From positions 192,001 to 256,000 of the forward strand of contig CAWAUM010000002.1 of the NCBI GenBank assembly GCA_963785235.1: a stretch of DNA of 64,000 nucleotides, given 5' to 3'. The stretch comes from an uncultured delta proteobacterium (GTDB lineage Bacteria; Desulfobacterota; Desulfomonilia; UBA1062). Positions 1 through 10,410 of this stretch are shown one piece after another (the first letter of the stretch is position 1; every line of letters starts with the position of its first letter). The position numbers and the translations under genes are program-made. A model generated the notes under the pieces. That model made no database searches and was not told where the DNA came from. It worked only from the letters and a program-made list of their open reading frames with translations.

Positions 1-1982
1 ATGTTGATATTTTTTATCCCAAGGATTGCTGTTATGGAACCCAGCATGCCTGGTTTATCTTCACAGGTGACAGAGAACTCTATCTCGTGACTTCCGCTGA
101 TACCGGTATCCCATTCCACCGGGATAAGTCTCTGGGCGTCGATCTCGTTTGTATAAAGGCAATTCATGCGGTGGACCGTGATCCCTTTGCCGCGAGTAAT
201 GAACCCTATGATTTCATCGCCGGGTATGGGCCTGCAGCAACGGGCATATCGGACGAGCAGGTTCTCGACACCCTTGACTACTACGTTGGTGCCTTCCTGT
301 TTTTTCTTTGGTGTGACATCCTTATGTTCCTTCTTCTGCTCCTCGGGAATGATCTTGTGGATAACCTGGTTAACCGAGGTTCTCCCGAAGCCGATGGAGG
401 CGTAAAGATCTTCGGTGGTCTTGAACAAGAACTCCCTGGCAAGGGATTCAAGATCGATATCCTTCGCCACATGATGGCTTTTTAACTTCTTTTCGAGCAT
501 CTCCCTTCCAAGCGCGATACTTTGCTCACGCTCCTGCGTCCTCAACCATGTCTGGATCTTGTTTCTTGCCCTCGATGTCTTTGCTATCCTCAGCCAGTCT
601 TTGCTCGGGTGTTGCTTCGGAGACCGGAGGATCTCGATGACATCTCCGCTTTTCAGCTCGAAATTTAGCTTTACTATCTGCCCGTTTACCTTGGCCCCGG
701 CACACTGGTTTCCAAGCTGCGTATGGACGCTGTAGGCAAAATCAAGGGGAGTCGCCCCCAAGGGGAACTGCAGCACTTCGCCTCTGGGTGTGAAGACAAA
801 GACATCTTCAGGATAGAGGTCAAGTTTTACACTCTGAAGAAACTCGTGCGGATCTTTGAGCTCCTTTTGTGATTCCAGCAACCGCCTGAGCCAGGAGAGC
901 TCATGGCCTTGCTGATCCTTGAACCTGGGTTGATCCTTCAGCTTGGAGTAATCTTTATAGAGCCAGTGTGCAGCGATACCTTCATTGGCAATAAAATCCA
1001 TCTCGAAGGTCCTGATCTGGATCTCAATCCTCTCCCCTCCCGGACCGAACACCGTAGTGTGCAGAGATTGATATTTATTCGGCTTGGGCATGGCGATGAA
1101 GTCCTTGATCCTCTGCTGAATAGGCTTCCACATGGAATGGATAATGCCCAGGGTCTCATAACATTCACCTACAGTTGTTACGAGAACCCGTACCCCGAGG
1201 ACATCATAAATGTTCTCTAAAGAGATACCTTGGCGCTTGAGCTTCTGATAGACGCTGTAGATATTTTTTATCCTGCCCTTGAGCTCGGCCTTGATCTCCG
1301 CTCCGGTGAGCTTGGCTTGGATATGCGCTATAACTTCTTTGATATATTCATCTTTTTCTTTTGCTATGGAGTCCAACGTGGCCTTCAAGATGCGATAATC
1401 ATCCGGTTCCAGGAATTTCAGACTGAGCTCTTCCAGTTCCACCTGGAGCCAGTGAATACCAAGCCTGTTGGCCAAGGGGGCATAGATATCAAGGGTCTCC
1501 CGTGCTATCCTGATCTGTGATTCGCGTTTATGGTATTCCAGGGTTCGCATGTTATGGAGGCGGTCCACCAGCTTTATGAGAAGAACCCTTAAGTCCTTGC
1601 TCATGGCAAGGATCATTTTGCGGAAGTTCTCTGCCTGCTGTTCTTCAACAGAACGGAAATTCATCTTGCTGATCTTGGTGAGTCCGTCAACTACCTGTGC
1701 CACCTCAGCGCCGAATCCCACCTTGATTTCTTCTATTGTGATGAGGCTGTCCTCGACGGTGTCATGAAGGAGGGAAGCGACTATGGCCGTTGCGTCAAGA
1801 TGCATCTGACCGGCCAGGTAGGCCACTTCAAGGGGATGGTTGAGGTATGGTTCTCCGGATAGCCTCGTTTGACCCTGATGAACCCGGGCTGAAAAGACAT
1901 AGGCCTTCTCTATCAGGCGCTTTTCTGCCTCCGGGGCATAGGCGGATACCTCATCGAGGATGTCATTTATCCGTATGGTCAA
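1..1982 (-). CDS. rel: Bifunctional (p)ppGpp synthetase/hydrolase, RelA/SpoT family (3' end runs off the window)
   Basis: Read manually, as it is absent from the ORF track (no stop in window). TTG at 1982 gives MTIRINDILD...GQTRLSGEPYLNHPLEVA...LLHDTVED (HD hydrolase), GRIKNIYSVYQK (synthetase), VFVFTPRGEV (TGS) and an ACT-like region at the edge. Overlaps the proS end by 20 nt. Confidence 0.95.
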   Translation of the reverse strand, partial: MTIRINDILDEVSAYAPEAEKRLIEKAYVFSARVHQGQTRLSGEPYLNHPLEVAYLAGQMHLDATAIVASLLHDTVEDSLITIEEIKVGFGAEVAQVVDGLTKISKMNFRSVEEQQAENFRKMILAMSKDLRVLLIKLVDRLHNMRTLEYHKRESQIRIARETLDIYAPLANRLGIHWLQVELEELSLKFLEPDDYRILKATLDSIAKEKDEYIKEVIAHIQAKLTGAEIKAELKGRIKNIYSVYQKLKRQGISLENIYDVLGVRVLVTTVGECYETLGIIHSMWKPIQQRIKDFIAMPKPNKYQSLHTTVFGPGGERIEIQIRTFEMDFIANEGIAAHWLYKDYSKLKDQPRFKDQQGHELSWLRRLLESQKELKDPHEFLQSVKLDLYPEDVFVFTPRGEVLQFPLGATPLDFAYSVHTQLGNQCAGAKVNGQIVKLNFELKSGDVIEILRSPKQHPSKDWLRIAKTSRARNKIQTWLRTQEREQSIALGREMLEKKLKSHHVAKDIDLESLAREFLFKTTEDLYASIGFGRTSVNQVIHKIIPEEQKKEHKDVTPKKKQEGTNVVVKGVENLLVRYARCCRPIPGDEIIGFITRGKGITVHRMNCLYTNEIDAQRLIPVEWDTGISGSHEIEFSVTCEDKPGMLGSITAILGIKNIN

Positions 1983-3702
1983 CGATTGTACCCTTCACCT
2001 CAAGCTGCTTCTCACAATAATCGAGAATCTCATCTGTTCCGATCTTCTCCACCTTTCCACTTGACCTGTCCTTGAATTCTACTACACCTCCGGCCAGATC
2101 CTTAGCCCCTACGGTTACCCTCAACGGGACACCGATAAGGTCGGCGTCCTTGAACTTCACACCGGGTCTTACATCCCTGTCATCAATCAACACATCAAAC
2201 CCTAAAGCGATAAGGCCGTCATAGATGCGCCTTGCTACTTCCATGGCAGGTCCCTCATTCACATTAATAGCAATTACCACCACATGGTATGGTGCAATGG
2301 CCATGGGGAAGATGATGCCGTTATCATCATGGTTCTGCTCAAGGGCGGCCGCCACTGTCCTGCCTACACCGATTCCATAGCAGCCCATGATCAGGGGCTT
2401 GGGCTTCCCGTCCTCATCGAGGAAGAGGGCGTTCATCGTCTTGGAATACTTCGTGCCCAGTTTGAAGACATGCCCCACCTCGATGCCCCGGATGACTTTA
2501 AGTTTTCCTGCCTGACACCGGGGGCAGCTGTCTCCTGTGATGGCTGCACGGATGTCCGCCACCAGGTCGACCTTGATGTCGCGCGAGAACCAGACATCCT
2601 TGATATGATAGTCCTGCTTGTTCGCCCCTGTCACATATGCACTGCCTTTAAGGAGCGAGGCGTCTGCGACCTTTTTCAACGTAAGGCCGACAGGACCTGC
2701 AAACCCCCTCGGCGCCTTGGTATATTTTTCTATGGCGAATTCATCCGCGAGCTCCACGGACTCGCACCCAAGTGCCCGCCTCAGCTTGGCCTCGCTGATT
2801 TCATGGTCTCCTCGTACAAGGGCTGCCACCGGGCCGTCCTCTGTTGTGTAAATAAGGGTCTTAATCAAATTTGATGGCTCAATCTTCAAAAATTCGCACA
2901 CCTCCTCCACTGTCCTGATATTCGGGGTGTGAACCTCCGCAGGCGTCCCTTCCGGCGACTTTGGAAAAGAGAGATCACCTGGCATTGCCACCTCTGCCCT
3001 TTCCTGGTTTGCAGCATACTTGCACGCGTCACAGCTCAGGATGGCGTCCTCACCGGTATCGGCCAGAACCATGAATTCGTGGGAAAAATTACCCCCGATG
3101 GGTCCAGAATCCGCCTCTACAGCTTTAAACTTCAGGCCACACCTTTGAAAGATCCTTTCATAGGCCTTATACATGGCCTCATAACTTTTCTGCGCACCCT
3201 GATCGTCCTTATCAAAGGAATAGGCATCTTTCATGATGAACTCTCGCGCCCTCATGACCCCGAAGCGCGGCCTTATCTCGTCGCGGAACTTGGTCTGGAT
3301 CTGATACAGATTGAGCGGGAGCTCCTTGTAGGAATGGACGTAGTCCCTCACGATCTCGGTGATGACCTCCTCATGGGTGGGCCCAATGACGAATTCCGCA
3401 CCCTTACGGTCTGATACCCGCAGGAGTTCCTTGCCGTAAACAGACCATCTGCCGCTCTCCTTCCAGATTTCAGAGGGCTGGACGGCAGGGAGCAGGACCT
3501 CCTGGGCGCCTGCGGCGTTCATCTCTTCGCGGATGATCTTCTCGACCTTGCGGAGGGCCTTCAGACCGTAGGGCAAATACGAATATATACCTGAGGCAAG
3601 CTTCTTGATCATACATGCCCTGAGCATCAGCTTGTGGCTTACCACCTCTGCATCGCGGGGCTCTTCCTTAAGGGTGTGGAGAAAAAACGAGGACATCTTC
3701 AT
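1963..3702 (-). CDS. proS: Proline--tRNA ligase
   Basis: GPTHEE, QIQTKFRDEIRPRFGVMRAREF, INS editing domain, MGCYGIG, anticodon-binding domain. Confidence 0.98.
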   Translation of the reverse strand: MKMSSFFLHTLKEEPRDAEVVSHKLMLRACMIKKLASGIYSYLPYGLKALRKVEKIIREEMNAAGAQEVLLPAVQPSEIWKESGRWSVYGKELLRVSDRKGAEFVIGPTHEEVITEIVRDYVHSYKELPLNLYQIQTKFRDEIRPRFGVMRAREFIMKDAYSFDKDDQGAQKSYEAMYKAYERIFQRCGLKFKAVEADSGPIGGNFSHEFMVLADTGEDAILSCDACKYAANQERAEVAMPGDLSFPKSPEGTPAEVHTPNIRTVEEVCEFLKIEPSNLIKTLIYTTEDGPVAALVRGDHEISEAKLRRALGCESVELADEFAIEKYTKAPRGFAGPVGLTLKKVADASLLKGSAYVTGANKQDYHIKDVWFSRDIKVDLVADIRAAITGDSCPRCQAGKLKVIRGIEVGHVFKLGTKYSKTMNALFLDEDGKPKPLIMGCYGIGVGRTVAAALEQNHDDNGIIFPMAIAPYHVVVIAINVNEGPAMEVARRIYDGLIALGFDVLIDDRDVRPGVKFKDADLIGVPLRVTVGAKDLAGGVVEFKDRSSGKVEKIGTDEILDYCEKQLEVKGTIVDHTDK

Positions 3703-4763
3703 GAAACATTCTCCTTCTGTAGTTCATTCACAATTGTTTGCACAATGTCTGCAGTCTTGATCCGTCGCAAGGATTTCCCATGAGAAAACAGCAGCGCGCC
3801 CTTTTTATCGCATGCCACTCCAAGGTCTGCTATCCTGGCCTCTCCGGGGCCGTTCACCACGCACCCCATGACCGCCACGACTATATGTTTCCTGATATTC
3901 TTCAGCGCATCCTCCAGTTCGGAGGCAATGGCCGCCACATCCGCGCAGCTCCTGGCGCAGGTGGGGCATGCAATGACCCGTACCCCCTCTTTTCTGAGGC
4001 CCAGGCATTCCAGCAGGATTTTGCCGGCAAAGACCTCCTGGATCGGGTCAGCTGACAGCGAAATCCGTATGGTATCGCCGATGCCCTCTTCAAGGAGCGT
4101 CCCGATACCGGCTGAGGAGCGGATCAATCCAGACAGTAGCGGACCTGCCTCTGTCACACCAAGGTGAAGGGGCCAGGATTGAACCTTTGAGAACCTCCGG
4201 TAGGAATCAATGGTCTCTATGACATCAGAAGATTTCAGAGAAACCTTCATGGACTCTACACCCATATCCTCGAGCATCTCGACATATTGCCTGGCATTTT
4301 CAATCAAGGCACCCACGTGATCATCTGCATATTTTGCAAGAAGAGACCTCTTGACCGAGCCGAGATTGACCCCAACCCTGATGGGTACTTTACGCTCGAT
4401 GGACGCCTTGGCCACGGCCTTAAGCCTTTCTTTACCGCCGATATTGCCGGGATTGATGCGGATACCATCGGCCCCTTGTCTAATAGCCCCGATAGCAAGC
4501 CGGTGGTCAAAGTGAATGTCTGCAATGAGAGGCAATCGGATACCTTTCCTGATCTTGCCAAAGGCCACGAGCGAGTCTTCATCCGGGATACTGACGCGGA
4601 CAATGTCGCATCCTGCCTTTTCGAGCCCCTCAATCTGTGCGATCGTACCCTTAACGTCCGTGGTGGCGGTATTGGTCATGGACTGAATGCTGACCGGAGA
4701 TCCCCCACCAATAGGGCATGTGCCGATATAAATCCTTCGTGTTTGTTCACGATGCTGCGCCAT
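3699..4763 (-). CDS. ispG: (E)-4-hydroxy-3-methylbut-2-enyl-diphosphate synthase
   Basis: IQSMTNT, ADIHFD, RINPGN, HLGVTEAG, CPTCAR and MGCVVNGPGE Fe-S motifs. Confidence 0.97.
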   Translation of the reverse strand: MAQHREQTRRIYIGTCPIGGGSPVSIQSMTNTATTDVKGTIAQIEGLEKAGCDIVRVSIPDEDSLVAFGKIRKGIRLPLIADIHFDHRLAIGAIRQGADGIRINPGNIGGKERLKAVAKASIERKVPIRVGVNLGSVKRSLLAKYADDHVGALIENARQYVEMLEDMGVESMKVSLKSSDVIETIDSYRRFSKVQSWPLHLGVTEAGPLLSGLIRSSAGIGTLLEEGIGDTIRISLSADPIQEVFAGKILLECLGLRKEGVRVIACPTCARSCADVAAIASELEDALKNIRKHIVVAVMGCVVNGPGEARIADLGVACDKKGALLFSHGKSLRRIKTADIVQTIVNELQKENVS

Positions 4764-4830
4764 TTTTGATGAGTACCATATTAGGGGTTCTTACTCAAGA
4801 TTGGAAGCCGATTGAACGATAAGATCAAGG

Positions 4831-6768
4831 ATGATGAAATTGTCTCCTGATCAGATTGAGACCCTCCTCAATAATGTCGGCGAGTTGCCAACGTTGCCCT
4901 CCATAGCCACGGCAATCATGGAGAAAACAATGGAGGCAAGCGTAAGTGCACGGCAGGTTGCCGAGCTGATAGAGAAAGACCAGGCGCTTTCACTGAAGGT
5001 GCTCAGGGTTGCGAACTCACCATTTTACCGGAGGATCAAGGAGATTTCCACCATACGCGGCGGCGTAGTCCTGCTCGGCTTCAATGTATTGAAAAGTATT
5101 GTTCTGAGTATCAGCGTCATCAATATGTTTAACGAAAAACAGCGCCATGCGCTCGACTTCTATAAATTCTGGCAGCATAGCATCGCATGCGCGGTGTGCG
5201 CAAAATCCATAGCGGGCAAGATACTGCCGGCTTCATCCGAGGATGCCTTCGTTGCGGGCTTGCTGCACGACCTCGGTAAGGTCATTGCCGATCAGATCAT
5301 CTGTAAACACGGCGAATACAATGGGGTATTTGAAGCAATGAATCGTGTCGGTGCGGATATCTGTGAAATCGAACAGGGCATCATGGGCATCGATCACGCA
5401 TCCATCGGCAAATACCTCATGGAGCGCTGGAACCTGCCCGGTCACCTCAGCAAGGCCGTAGGCTACCATCACAGCCTCATCGACATTACTGATGATGTAC
5501 AGACCAAACAGCTATGCTCCATCATCCATGTGGCAGATATGGTTGCTAACCACCTGGGGCTTGGGATAAATCCGATCCAGACAGGGTTCATCGATCCATC
5601 TCTGCTCCACCAACTGAAACTAACCAGCCAGGACATCCAGGATATCTCCATTTCCCTGAAGGACAATATCTCGGCCATCAGTGATGAGCTGGGTATCCCT
5701 ACGGCCGAGCCCAAGACCTATTTTGAGGTGCTGCAGTCGGCAAATGCCCACCTGGGCAGATTAGGCCTTGACCTGGAACAGAAAAAGATGGCCCTGGAAC
5801 GCAGAACCATGGAACTCGTCAGCCTCAACCAGATGAGCAGCAACCTCCAGGCATCGTTGAAGCTCTCTGAGATTACAAACACCATTGCATCCAATACAAT
5901 CACCATCCTTGATGCCAAAAAAACCAGGTGCCTGATCCGACTCAACAACCTTCGTATCATGGTTACTGAATCCTTCATGCTTGGCGAATCCCCTCAGACC
6001 AAAGCGGGCATTGCAAGCGCAACAAAAGAGATGTTGGATAGGACGAACGGCATCTTTCCCAAATCCAGTGGTATCATCTTTACAGCCTTAAAGGTAGACG
6101 GCAAGATCATCGGCGCTATCGAGGTACTTCTGAAGGACAACCTGGGTCCGGATGAAATCTCTCAGAAGGGGCTCCTGCTGCGCACCATTGCCGAGGTGAG
6201 TTCTCAGGCTATCCAACGGGCTATGCTTATTACCAAGAACATGAAGGCAGGAAAACTGGCAGCTGTTACCAAGACCGCCATTGCGGCAAACCATGAGATT
6301 AATTCACCCCTGACCACCATTTTATTAAAGCTTGATATGCTCACAGGCGAATTGCAGTTGAGCGCGGCAGCAAAGAAGGTCATCAATGAGATTAAAGGAG
6401 AGGCCATTGCTGTCAGGAATGTCGTAAAAAAGATGCTGGAGATATCAGATGTGGTGGAAACTTCCTATACACAGAATGAAAAGATGCTCGACCTGAGACA
6501 GAGAGCAAATACACAATCGAGAGAACCTTTGCACAAGGAAAAGGCTCCGGATCAGGGCGATATTGCCGGATTTGAGGATTATATCGAGGAACAACCAAAG
6601 ATTGAGGCTGTCTCGAAAGGCGCAAGACCAGGCAATATCGAACATACGCCAGGATTTGAAGATTACCTGGAAGACAAGTCAACGGCTTCCGCAGGGACAA
6701 AGACTGTATCAAAGGGCAATGAAAAAAATGTTGATACCCCCGGCTTCGAGGATTACCTCGATAAATAG
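4831..6768 (+). CDS. HDOD-domain signal transduction protein with GAF-like region, HisKA H-box and repetitive acidic tail
   Basis: LPTLP..DQALSLKVLRVANSPFY..FWQHS..GLLHDLGK..DHA..W.LP..HH (HDOD); AANHEINSPLTTI (H-box); no ATPase N/G boxes visible. Confidence 0.85.
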   Translation: MMKLSPDQIETLLNNVGELPTLPSIATAIMEKTMEASVSARQVAELIEKDQALSLKVLRVANSPFYRRIKEISTIRGGVVLLGFNVLKSIVLSISVINMFNEKQRHALDFYKFWQHSIACAVCAKSIAGKILPASSEDAFVAGLLHDLGKVIADQIICKHGEYNGVFEAMNRVGADICEIEQGIMGIDHASIGKYLMERWNLPGHLSKAVGYHHSLIDITDDVQTKQLCSIIHVADMVANHLGLGINPIQTGFIDPSLLHQLKLTSQDIQDISISLKDNISAISDELGIPTAEPKTYFEVLQSANAHLGRLGLDLEQKKMALERRTMELVSLNQMSSNLQASLKLSEITNTIASNTITILDAKKTRCLIRLNNLRIMVTESFMLGESPQTKAGIASATKEMLDRTNGIFPKSSGIIFTALKVDGKIIGAIEVLLKDNLGPDEISQKGLLLRTIAEVSSQAIQRAMLITKNMKAGKLAAVTKTAIAANHEINSPLTTILLKLDMLTGELQLSAAAKKVINEIKGEAIAVRNVVKKMLEISDVVETSYTQNEKMLDLRQRANTQSREPLHKEKAPDQGDIAGFEDYIEEQPKIEAVSKGARPGNIEHTPGFEDYLEDKSTASAGTKTVSKGNEKNVDTPGFEDYLDK

Positions 6769-6942
6769 GGTCATGCCTTTTCATAGTCACCCTTAGCTAT
6801 TCTCTCCGCTCAATTTCTTCATAAGGATCACCCGTAGATACTCAATTGTGTTTCCCGTTGATCCCAGATCAAGTTTTTTTATTCTTCTTAAACGTAAAAT
6901 CTGGGATAATATAAACAGCACATACATCGAGGGGGCAATTGT

Positions 6943-7929
6943 ATGGAATCACTCATTGATGATCAGGGCCGGATCAGGTGGGGTATCTATGACGAACCCA
7001 TCCAGAGCGTGAACTATCTCGACTATGACCTCCAGACACCGATGGGTCTGACCTTGCCGAAGTCCTTGAAACGGCTCCTGGCCAATCAGTTCCATTTTGT
7101 CGGTATCATGGGCCCGGAGGTCATCGGCGGCCTGGCCGTCGTTGACCTGAAATATGTGGCAAACGGTTTTTTCTATCTGTATGACCGGCAGGCAAGGCGT
7201 ATGTATGAAGCCACAGCACTTTCGGTTGCAGGGGGCAGAATCAAGCCCACGCCCGAGCAGCCATTGAGCACCTTTTCTTCCGGTGGACTCACCATAGATA
7301 TAAACAATTCCCGGGTGTCGGCACAGGGGAAAGGTATCTCGCTGCTGCTCGACCTTGATACCAAGGCAACAAAACCCCTGAGGATCTGCACTCGAGCCGG
7401 GTACCGTGGATGGGTCTATACGCAAAAGACAAGCCCGGTCCTTGTGCGCGGTTCTGCCAGGATAGGAGATAGACAGATCGAGGTCTCATCACCCGCCACC
7501 ATGGCCCTCATGGACTGGACCTGCGGATACATGAGAAGGAAGACCTGCTGGAACTGGGCAGCCTCTGCTGCAACACTGCCTGACAACAGATCGTTTGGCC
7601 TCAACCTCTCCTGCGGGGTGAATGAGACGAGCTTTACAGAAAACGCCTTTTGGATAGATGGCACCATGACAAAGGTGGACACGATCAACTATATCTTCGA
7701 TGCCCGCGACCTCATGAAACCCTGGCTCATCACCTCATTCGACAAAAAGGTCGATCTTACCTTTAATCCCGAGGCCTCCAGAGGGGAGAAGATCAATACA
7801 GGATTTGTAGCATCCCGGTTCACCCAACTCATCGGCATGTTCGAGGGTACTCTGACTACCGACTCCGGAGAGATGATACAGATAAAAGATTGTCCGGGCT
7901 TTACCGAGGACCATTATGCCAAGTGGTGA
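6943..7929 (+). CDS. DUF2804-family protein
   Basis: 328 aa ORF with RBS (GAGGGG); W.YTQK, DWTCGYMRRKTCWNWA, GVNETSFTENAFW and terminal EDHYAKW resemble DUF2804. Confidence 0.75.
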   Translation: MESLIDDQGRIRWGIYDEPIQSVNYLDYDLQTPMGLTLPKSLKRLLANQFHFVGIMGPEVIGGLAVVDLKYVANGFFYLYDRQARRMYEATALSVAGGRIKPTPEQPLSTFSSGGLTIDINNSRVSAQGKGISLLLDLDTKATKPLRICTRAGYRGWVYTQKTSPVLVRGSARIGDRQIEVSSPATMALMDWTCGYMRRKTCWNWAASAATLPDNRSFGLNLSCGVNETSFTENAFWIDGTMTKVDTINYIFDARDLMKPWLITSFDKKVDLTFNPEASRGEKINTGFVASRFTQLIGMFEGTLTTDSGEMIQIKDCPGFTEDHYAKW

Positions 7930-8897
7930 ATCCTCTGGTTGATCTGGTTCAGCCAGTCGCGGTACATGACTGAGATCACCATGAAATCCTTCTCGTTGTC
8001 CACATCCAATGCAGCACCGCCGATGGTGGTCTCCACAAGCTTGAAACGTGCGCTGACTATGGCGGATATGAGTATCTCAAGCTTTTCCCTACAGACGGGA
8101 TAGCTTATGATTCGGGCTAGCCATTCCAGCCCCAGGGCAGAGAGGCCTGCAGATATCTGCAGGAGTATGTAGAGAAATAAGGTCGTACCTATCTTACCGG
8201 GTCCTAGTCTGATGATTTCCAGTATGGCCCTGGCTATATTAAATAATTTTTTCTGGTAACGGAACTCGTATACTTTGAGAATGAGATCGATGCTGTTCAT
8301 CAGGACAAAAGGCCGGGCCATGTGGAGGTTGTTCTGCCTGAAATTCCCTTCCCTGGTGTGGAATGTTGCCATCTTGATGCCCGGTCTCCCCTTGCGGGGA
8401 CCGAACAATTGTAAGATCTCCTCGGAGGTGATACCTGCAACATAGTCGCTATGCTCCATATCGCATCGCGATATGAACTCTTCCAACTCCTCTACGCAGA
8501 TCAAGGGGATATCGCCGGAAAGGAACAGGATGTGTTTTTGTGAATACTTATCAATTAATGCCCCGGTGATCTCCGGATTCTCACGATACTCGGGTAAGGT
8601 CTGGAGAAAACCCTCCCAGCCATTCTCTGCAAGGCTTCTCTTCTGCTGAACGATATGCACGCCAGTGTCACCGATGATCTCTTCGAACTTCTCCCTGGGC
8701 CCTACCACAACGATATTATCAATGAGTTTACAGGCCTTCAGGGTATCGACAATATGCCTGATCATAGGCTTTCCGCCAATATCGAGCAGCGCTTTATTCT
8801 TTTTAAACACCTTCCGCGAGGCCCTACCATCACCTGCAAGAACGACTGCGTCTATACCCATAACATTGTATGAACGGGAAAATTGTCCGGATGTCAA
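7914..8897 (-). CDS. Nucleotidyltransferase family protein (MobA/NTP_transf_3-like)
   Basis: AVVLAG..NKALLDIGGKPMI, SGDIPL, LDVDNEKD motifs; true start may be MGIDAVV. Confidence 0.75.
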   Translation of the reverse strand: MTSGQFSRSYNVMGIDAVVLAGDGRASRKVFKKNKALLDIGGKPMIRHIVDTLKACKLIDNIVVVGPREKFEEIIGDTGVHIVQQKRSLAENGWEGFLQTLPEYRENPEITGALIDKYSQKHILFLSGDIPLICVEELEEFISRCDMEHSDYVAGITSEEILQLFGPRKGRPGIKMATFHTREGNFRQNNLHMARPFVLMNSIDLILKVYEFRYQKKLFNIARAILEIIRLGPGKIGTTLFLYILLQISAGLSALGLEWLARIISYPVCREKLEILISAIVSARFKLVETTIGGAALDVDNEKDFMVISVMYRDWLNQINQRIHHLA

Positions 8898-9046
8898 GAC
8901 AGACTAGATACTCCTGCATAACTATCATGCCAGAGAATGGATTCAACGAAGGATGAAAACCTGTAGCAAAAGGCTTGTGAGCAGCCTACATGCGATTCAG
9001 AACATTGCACAACCTAACAAACTCTAAGAGGCAAACAAAAAATTGG

Positions 9047-9097
9047 CCCGTTCAAGACATGCATCTCGGCTTCACCGAGATGCATGTCTTGAACGGG
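9047..9097. repeat. Perfect 23-bp inverted repeat with 5-nt loop
   Basis: CCCGTTCAAGACATGCATCTCGG-CTTCA-CCGAGATGCATGTCTTGAACGGG; followed by a T-run on the minus strand. Confidence 0.9.
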
Positions 9098-9243
9098 TAA
9101 GGTCTTTTCCTTTCCTCAACAAACTGTTTGGAGGGTTATGTTGGGGTCTTTACAATTTTTTCACGGAGTATATTAGTACCTTGAAATATTTTTCACCGTG
9201 CCTTACCACATACCTATTCACACTATTAAAGGGTTGAATCTCC

Positions 9244-9960
9244 ATGAAATTATTATCTCGGGCATTCTTACTTCAGGGGCTGAGAGCAGCGTTACCCATC
9301 TGGGTAGGATATGCAGCTGTGGGCATACCCTTCGGAGTCCTGGCAAGACAGGCCGGGCTTTCGCCGATACAGATCGCCCTGATGTCCATAATCGTCTTTG
9401 CCGGGAGTTCTCAGTTCATAGCAGTCGCCATGATAGGATCAGGTGCATCCGTCCTTCCCATCATCATCACCACCTTCTTTGTCAACCTCAGGCACCTCCT
9501 CATGAGCTCAAGCCTGGCACTTCATCTTAAAGGCATCTCAAAGGGACGATTAAGCCTGTTCGCCTATGGGATCACGGATGAGAGCTTTGCGGTAAACCTT
9601 ACAAAGTTCATGTATGGCAGCTGGGATGTGAACAGGGCGCTTGTGGTGAATCACACGGCAAATGCTGTATGGATCGCAAGCACCATTGCCGGAGGCTATC
9701 TTGGAGAGGTAGTACCTGAAGGCGCCCTAGGTATCGACTATGCTTTGACTGCCATGTTCATAGCCTTGCTGGTTTTTCAGCTCAGGAACACTCTCGTCAT
9801 TGTCCTTTCTATTCTGTCAGGGTTGCTGTCGCTGTTCTTCTCACTGCTCCTGCCCGGGGCCTGGAATATTATCCTGGCATCCATGATTGCCGCATCCGCA
9901 GGTGTTTTCATCACATATGCCTTCAGATACCATAAAAAAGGTCCAGACAATGAGCTATGA
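9244..9960 (+). CDS. azlC: AzlC-family branched-chain amino acid exporter permease
   Basis: FAGSSQF, VNLRHLLMS, ITDESFA motifs; hydrophobic. Confidence 0.92.
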   Translation: MKLLSRAFLLQGLRAALPIWVGYAAVGIPFGVLARQAGLSPIQIALMSIIVFAGSSQFIAVAMIGSGASVLPIIITTFFVNLRHLLMSSSLALHLKGISKGRLSLFAYGITDESFAVNLTKFMYGSWDVNRALVVNHTANAVWIASTIAGGYLGEVVPEGALGIDYALTAMFIALLVFQLRNTLVIVLSILSGLLSLFFSLLLPGAWNIILASMIAASAGVFITYAFRYHKKGPDNEL

Positions 9961-10270
9961 TCAATATCTCATCTGCGTGCTCGGTATGGGTCTTGTTACC
10001 TACCTTCCCCGGTGGCTGCCTCTGGCGCTGCTGCCCCAAAGGGATATCCCGGAGACTCTTAAGGAGTGGCTCGGATTTATACCGGCCTGCATACTCAGCG
10101 CATTGGTGGCACCGGCCATTTTCCTCGATTCCACCGGAGATTTTCAGATACTTCAGGCCCGGTTCCTTACTGCAGTACCGACAATAATCTTTGCCTTAAA
10201 GACGAGGTCTCTCGGTGGGACGGTCATCGTCGGAATGCTTATATACTGGCTTACAACCAAGCTCGTCTGA
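9950..10270 (+). CDS. azlD: AzlD-domain protein
   Basis: ATG at 9950 overlapping the azlC end; GMGLVTYLPRWLP..FIPACILSALV. Confidence 0.9.
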   Translation: MSYDQYLICVLGMGLVTYLPRWLPLALLPQRDIPETLKEWLGFIPACILSALVAPAIFLDSTGDFQILQARFLTAVPTIIFALKTRSLGGTVIVGMLIYWLTTKLV

Positions 10271-10347
10271 TATCCCTCAGACGCCCTTGCTCTTCCGGCA
10301 TCGCACAGTTCCCACCAAAGGACAGAAGGACATTCCTCCTTCGGCAC

Positions 10348-10376
10348 TTGACATCCTTCCAGTCTTCAGATATATC
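10348..10376 (+). promoter_or_regulatory. Sigma70-type promoter of rplM-rpsI
   Basis: TTGACA-17 nt-TATATC upstream of the rplM RBS (AAGGAG). Confidence 0.6.
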
Positions 10377-10410
10377 CGAGCCCTATTTATCGCGCTAAGG
10401 AGTAGTATGT

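Noticed and set aside
8914-8933. Sigma54-like TGGCATGATAGTTATGC on the minus strand
   Set aside because: GG-to-GC spacing is 12 nt, not the required 10
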